From NCBI GenBank assembly GCA_047947115.1, contig CP170459.1:5344001-5408000 (forward strand): a stretch of DNA of 64,000 nucleotides. The letters are read 5' to 3'. Of this stretch, positions 60,534 to 64,000 are shown in pieces. A program made the position numbers and the translations under genes. Each line of letters opens with the position of its first letter. Position 1 is the first letter of the stretch. The notes under the pieces were generated by a model. The model ran no database searches. It saw nothing but the letters and a program-made list of their open reading frames with translations, and was not told the DNA's origin. The DNA comes from Verrucomicrobiota bacterium. GTDB taxonomy: Bacteria; Verrucomicrobiota; Verrucomicrobiia; Limisphaerales; AAA164-E04.

Positions 60534-62719
60534 CCCCTGAGCAACAACAACGATTAGACGATTTACTGGATCTTTGGGAGGAGGCCCAGGAAGCGGGCAA
60601 AGACATCTCGCCCGAGTCGCTATGCGAAAAAAACCCTGAGCTGTTACCTCTGCTCAAGCAACAAATTCAATCGCTCGAACAAATTGACGAAGTCTTGGAA
60701 ACCCGAACGGATGCCTTGCAGGAAGACGCCATGGGCGATCTGCCGGAGTCAACCATCAACGAAGATCTCATTGCCAGCATCGGACTGACCGACGCCCAGT
60801 TTCACGCGGAAGGAGCGCTTGGCAGGGTTTATGTGGCCAAGGACAAACAATTGAACCGCGAAGTGGCCATCAAGTTCATGCAGAAACGCCACATGCTTGA
60901 CCGACAACGTCGTGAGCGTTTCTGCCTGGAAGCAGAGATCACGAGTCGATTATACCATCCAGGGGTTGTCCCCGTTCACGGTATCGGGGAGACAAAAGAC
61001 GGACGTCCCTTCTACGTCATGCAGTTTGTACGTGGCGAAACCATGCAGCAATCCATCAACCAGTTTTATGAACACGCCCCCGAATGGGGCGCACACCGCA
61101 GAAATCTGGAGTTCCGCAATCTGCTCTCCCATTTCGTCACTGTCTGCAATACCATCGCCTACGCCCATAACCGCGGCATCATCCACCGTGACCTGAAACC
61201 CGAGAACGTCATCATCGGCCGTTACGGCGAAACCATGGTGGTCGATTGGGGACTGGCCATGCCGGTCGACCGCGATGAAGCCGCCCGTGCCAGTGGAGAA
61301 AAAACATTATTCCCGAGCAACCACGAGGTGCGCCAACGTCAGGCCACCGACCATGGAGCAGGAACTCCGGCTTACATGAGCCCGGAACAGGCTGCGGGGC
61401 AGAATGCCATGTCTGTTTCCAGCGATGTGTACAGTCTGGGCTCGATTCTCTATAAGATATTGTGCGGAAAGAGTCCGGTGGACGGGATCAGCGGCGGACT
61501 CCAACGCATACGGGAGCATATTGCCCAGGGCGACTGGCCGCATCCAAGGTCAATCGACTCAAACTGCCCTCGCCCACTCGAATCCATTTGCCTCAAAGCA
61601 ATGAACCTCCAACCTTCCAACCGCTACAATACGGCACTGGAACTGGCCAGCGAGGTGGAACGTTACTTGGCTGATGAAAAGGTCAAGGCATATGATGAAC
61701 CACCACTCGAAACACCGCTCCGCTTTTTCAGACAGCACCGTCGCATGGGACAGGTCACCATAGTTTCCGTGTCGCTGCTCCTGCTTGTGCTGGTTTGGTC
61801 GGCGGTCAGGTTAGGCATCGCAGCCAGAGAAAGCGAAGTGGTGAACAAGGACCTGCTTTCCTCCGCCGCAAAACTCACCGCCGTCACCGTGCAAAAGGAA
61901 ATGGACGGTCGTTGGTTTCTGCTGGAAAAGGAGGCAGGCAACCAAAAATTGATCCAACGCCTGGTTCAAAGCCAGGGCCCCCTGCAGGAGTCAAACCGAA
62001 TCCCCTTTGTTGACCTCATCCAAGCGGTCAAAGACCGAGCGACCCGGGATGGCGTCGAAGCGGAAACATGGTTCATCTGCAATGCGTCAGGTATTCAAAT
62101 GGCTCGATTCCCACCGGCTCCCTCCATCGGCGGCATGTATGCACACCGCGATTACTTCCATGGAAACGGAATCGATCTGGAAGAAGGCGAACAAGGCTCA
62201 CCCCCTCACATCACCGGTGAATATCTGTCAGTCCCCTATTCCAGCAGCAACGACAAGACTTTGAAAGTTGCCCTCACTTGTCCCATCTACAGCCACCAGG
62301 AAGGGGAGCCTGAACGTCGTTTCCTCGGCGTACTGGGCATGTCCATCAAGCTCGGGGTCTTCGAGGTGCTGACCGGAAATCTTTCGGAGGGTCAGATAGC
62401 CGTCCTGGCCAATTTCGGAAGCGATCACTTCACCGGTCGGGAAAAGAAAGGGTTGTTACTGCATCACCCAAATTTGGAAGACTGGAAAGAATCCAACATC
62501 GCCAAACCTCTTCCACGATTGGACAAAGCTTTGCTCAACCGCCTGGAAAACTCATCGAAAGGTTTTCAAATCGCCGACTATCAGGATCCAGCCGCACGTA
62601 CGACCAAAGAGAAAGGGGTACGCTGGACGGCTGCATTTGAACATGTGAAGTTTCCACACCAGACCGACTGGGGTCAAGACCGAGGATGGATCATCATCGT
62701 CCAACGTCCAAATAGGTGA
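60530..62719 (+). CDS. Membrane Ser/Thr protein kinase with C-terminal Cache-like sensor domain
   Basis: GALGRV, VAIK, HRDLKPEN, DWG, GTPAYMSPEQ, DVYSLG, a TM helix, then YAHRDYFHG...LSVPY; start reassigned to ATG 60530. Confidence 0.92.
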   Translation: MTPEQQQRLDDLLDLWEEAQEAGKDISPESLCEKNPELLPLLKQQIQSLEQIDEVLETRTDALQEDAMGDLPESTINEDLIASIGLTDAQFHAEGALGRVYVAKDKQLNREVAIKFMQKRHMLDRQRRERFCLEAEITSRLYHPGVVPVHGIGETKDGRPFYVMQFVRGETMQQSINQFYEHAPEWGAHRRNLEFRNLLSHFVTVCNTIAYAHNRGIIHRDLKPENVIIGRYGETMVVDWGLAMPVDRDEAARASGEKTLFPSNHEVRQRQATDHGAGTPAYMSPEQAAGQNAMSVSSDVYSLGSILYKILCGKSPVDGISGGLQRIREHIAQGDWPHPRSIDSNCPRPLESICLKAMNLQPSNRYNTALELASEVERYLADEKVKAYDEPPLETPLRFFRQHRRMGQVTIVSVSLLLLVLVWSAVRLGIAARESEVVNKDLLSSAAKLTAVTVQKEMDGRWFLLEKEAGNQKLIQRLVQSQGPLQESNRIPFVDLIQAVKDRATRDGVEAETWFICNASGIQMARFPPAPSIGGMYAHRDYFHGNGIDLEEGEQGSPPHITGEYLSVPYSSSNDKTLKVALTCPIYSHQEGEPERRFLGVLGMSIKLGVFEVLTGNLSEGQIAVLANFGSDHFTGREKKGLLLHHPNLEDWKESNIAKPLPRLDKALLNRLENSSKGFQIADYQDPAARTTKEKGVRWTAAFEHVKFPHQTDWGQDRGWIIIVQRPNR

Positions 62720-62767
62720 GGTGATATAGGGATTTATGGCGCAATGATTGTGTTTATACTGATCACC

Positions 62768-62877
62768 AAAAGTATTTGCGCACAAGGGCTCGCTGATGCT
62801 TCTTATTCTCACGCCCGCTGCGCTAGGGACGCAGGGACGCAGGGACGCAGAGTTTTTTCTGAAATTACTTTTGGCAA
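62768..62877. repeat. Dispersed ~105-bp repeat, family B, copy 2
   Basis: Matches 23870-23971 with one extra GACGCAGG octamer. Confidence 0.88.
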
Positions 62878-62910
62878 ACGTTATATAGCCGCAGATAACC
62901 CTCTACCGAA

Positions 62911-64000
62911 TCAACCCTTCATACGCTCGAACAGATTTCGAGTGATGGTCTGCAGGCGGACATCGGGTCCTTGTGGGGAGGTGTAAACCGAAGGCCGCAC
63001 GTATCCGGGAGGTTCGCTCAAGCCATCCCCCCACCAGATCGTCGAGGCATTAAATACCAGATTGCCCTTCGGGGCATGGTACATCGTGGCAGTGAATTCT
63101 CCACCGTTCAGTTGTCCCGGTGCGCTTTGCGTGGGGCCGGATGCCAGAATTTCCAACCCCGGTATGGGAGCCGGATCTCCATGCCATTCCCAACCAACCA
63201 AGCCTGGAATACCATCCCCCACCCGCATACCCGTTCCTTCAAACAACCAGTGATCCGGTTTGCGACAGATCCAATCGGCGCCACCCGTAACAGGTCCGGT
63301 GCTGTGCGCGCCCATCAATTCATTGGCATAGGGGCGTTCATGAAGCAGGCTCGACATCGCTTGAAATTCTCGCGTTCCATCAGGAGGACCAAACACCCCG
63401 ATGCGCTCCATCACGCGATCAGGCATCCCCTGTTGATCCGGCGACAATAAAACCCGACCGCAAACGGCATTGCCGGACAAGAACGCGGCATGCATCCCGC
63501 TTTGAATCGCATGTTCCACATGACGAAACATCGGAAGCGACCAATACTCGTCATGCCCCACTGAGAGAAATCCCTTGCAACGATTCAACCCCAGCGGGTC
63601 GGCATGCGTATCCTGATTCGACACATAAGTCACATCATAACCCTGGGATTCCATCCAGTAAGCAATGGGAAACTCCCAGAGTAAAAACTCACCTGACCCG
63701 GTGCTTAACGGAGCATCAAAAATCTGACAATACTTTCCATACGGCCGATTGAAACACACCTCGACACCGCCGCCCCAGTACCATTCCGTCTGCCCGTTGT
63801 CATAGAGGGCAAACTGGTCCGGCCAACGATTGTATGCCTGCCAGGTATGATCGCTACACTGAAACATGAAATCCGCCTCGCGATCATCACGAAGAATAAA
63901 GACCACATAACTCTGGTAACCATCTTTCAAAGAAGTCAGTTTCCCCAGATAAACACCGCTCAGCCAGTCGTCGGGTATACGGAATTCAAAAGAGGGATCC
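62911..64000 (-). CDS. N,N-dimethylformamidase beta-subunit-like family protein; 5' part lies outside the window
   Basis: Frame is open to the window edge (DPSFEFRIPDDWLSGVYLGKL); TWQAYNRW, FNRPY, LSVGHDEYWS, GWEW, VFNASTIWW. Confidence 0.8.
   Translation of the reverse strand, partial: DPSFEFRIPDDWLSGVYLGKLTSLKDGYQSYVVFILRDDREADFMFQCSDHTWQAYNRWPDQFALYDNGQTEWYWGGGVEVCFNRPYGKYCQIFDAPLSTGSGEFLLWEFPIAYWMESQGYDVTYVSNQDTHADPLGLNRCKGFLSVGHDEYWSLPMFRHVEHAIQSGMHAAFLSGNAVCGRVLLSPDQQGMPDRVMERIGVFGPPDGTREFQAMSSLLHERPYANELMGAHSTGPVTGGADWICRKPDHWLFEGTGMRVGDGIPGLVGWEWHGDPAPIPGLEILASGPTQSAPGQLNGGEFTATMYHAPKGNLVFNASTIWWGDGLSEPPGYVRPSVYTSPQGPDVRLQTITRNLFERMKG

Noticed and set aside
62911..64000. Dimethylformamide degradation capability
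   Set aside because: Only family-level similarity in a partial gene; substrate cannot be inferred.

Overview
Chromosomal window from a probable Verrucomicrobiota (PVC) bacterium. This is inferred from gene content (sulfatases, PQQ-propeller, Tat-exported Gfo/Idh/MocA, ECF-Ser/Thr kinase pair, FYR-type C-termini) and is not proven. Main blocks: (1) 1-15.2 kb, a TtpB/TtpC-type TonB operon with a TonB-dependent receptor, divergent from a 2244-aa secreted protein built of four ~430-aa repeats plus two further repeated domains; three Pho-box-like 11-bp-periodic sites lie between them, suggesting a phosphorus-scavenging surface system. (2) 25.7-30.2 kb, a tetraheme cytochrome c / NrfC-like / NrfD-like / octaheme HAO-family redox operon. 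(3) A CarH/LitR-type B12 photoreceptor divergent from an alternative sigma-70. (4) A RAYT transposase with eight GTAG-type REP doublets in four clusters. (5) A GlnA4-like gamma-glutamylation catabolic operon. (6) A symporter / ECF sigma / Ser-Thr kinase operon. Also present: housekeeping genes (aroB, accBC, thiE, lptD, floA), three internally deleted pseudogene remnants, a second dispersed ~105-bp repeat and a candidate ~185-nt structured RNA. No rRNA, tRNA or CRISPR array was seen. All family calls come from reading motifs by eye; no database searches were run.
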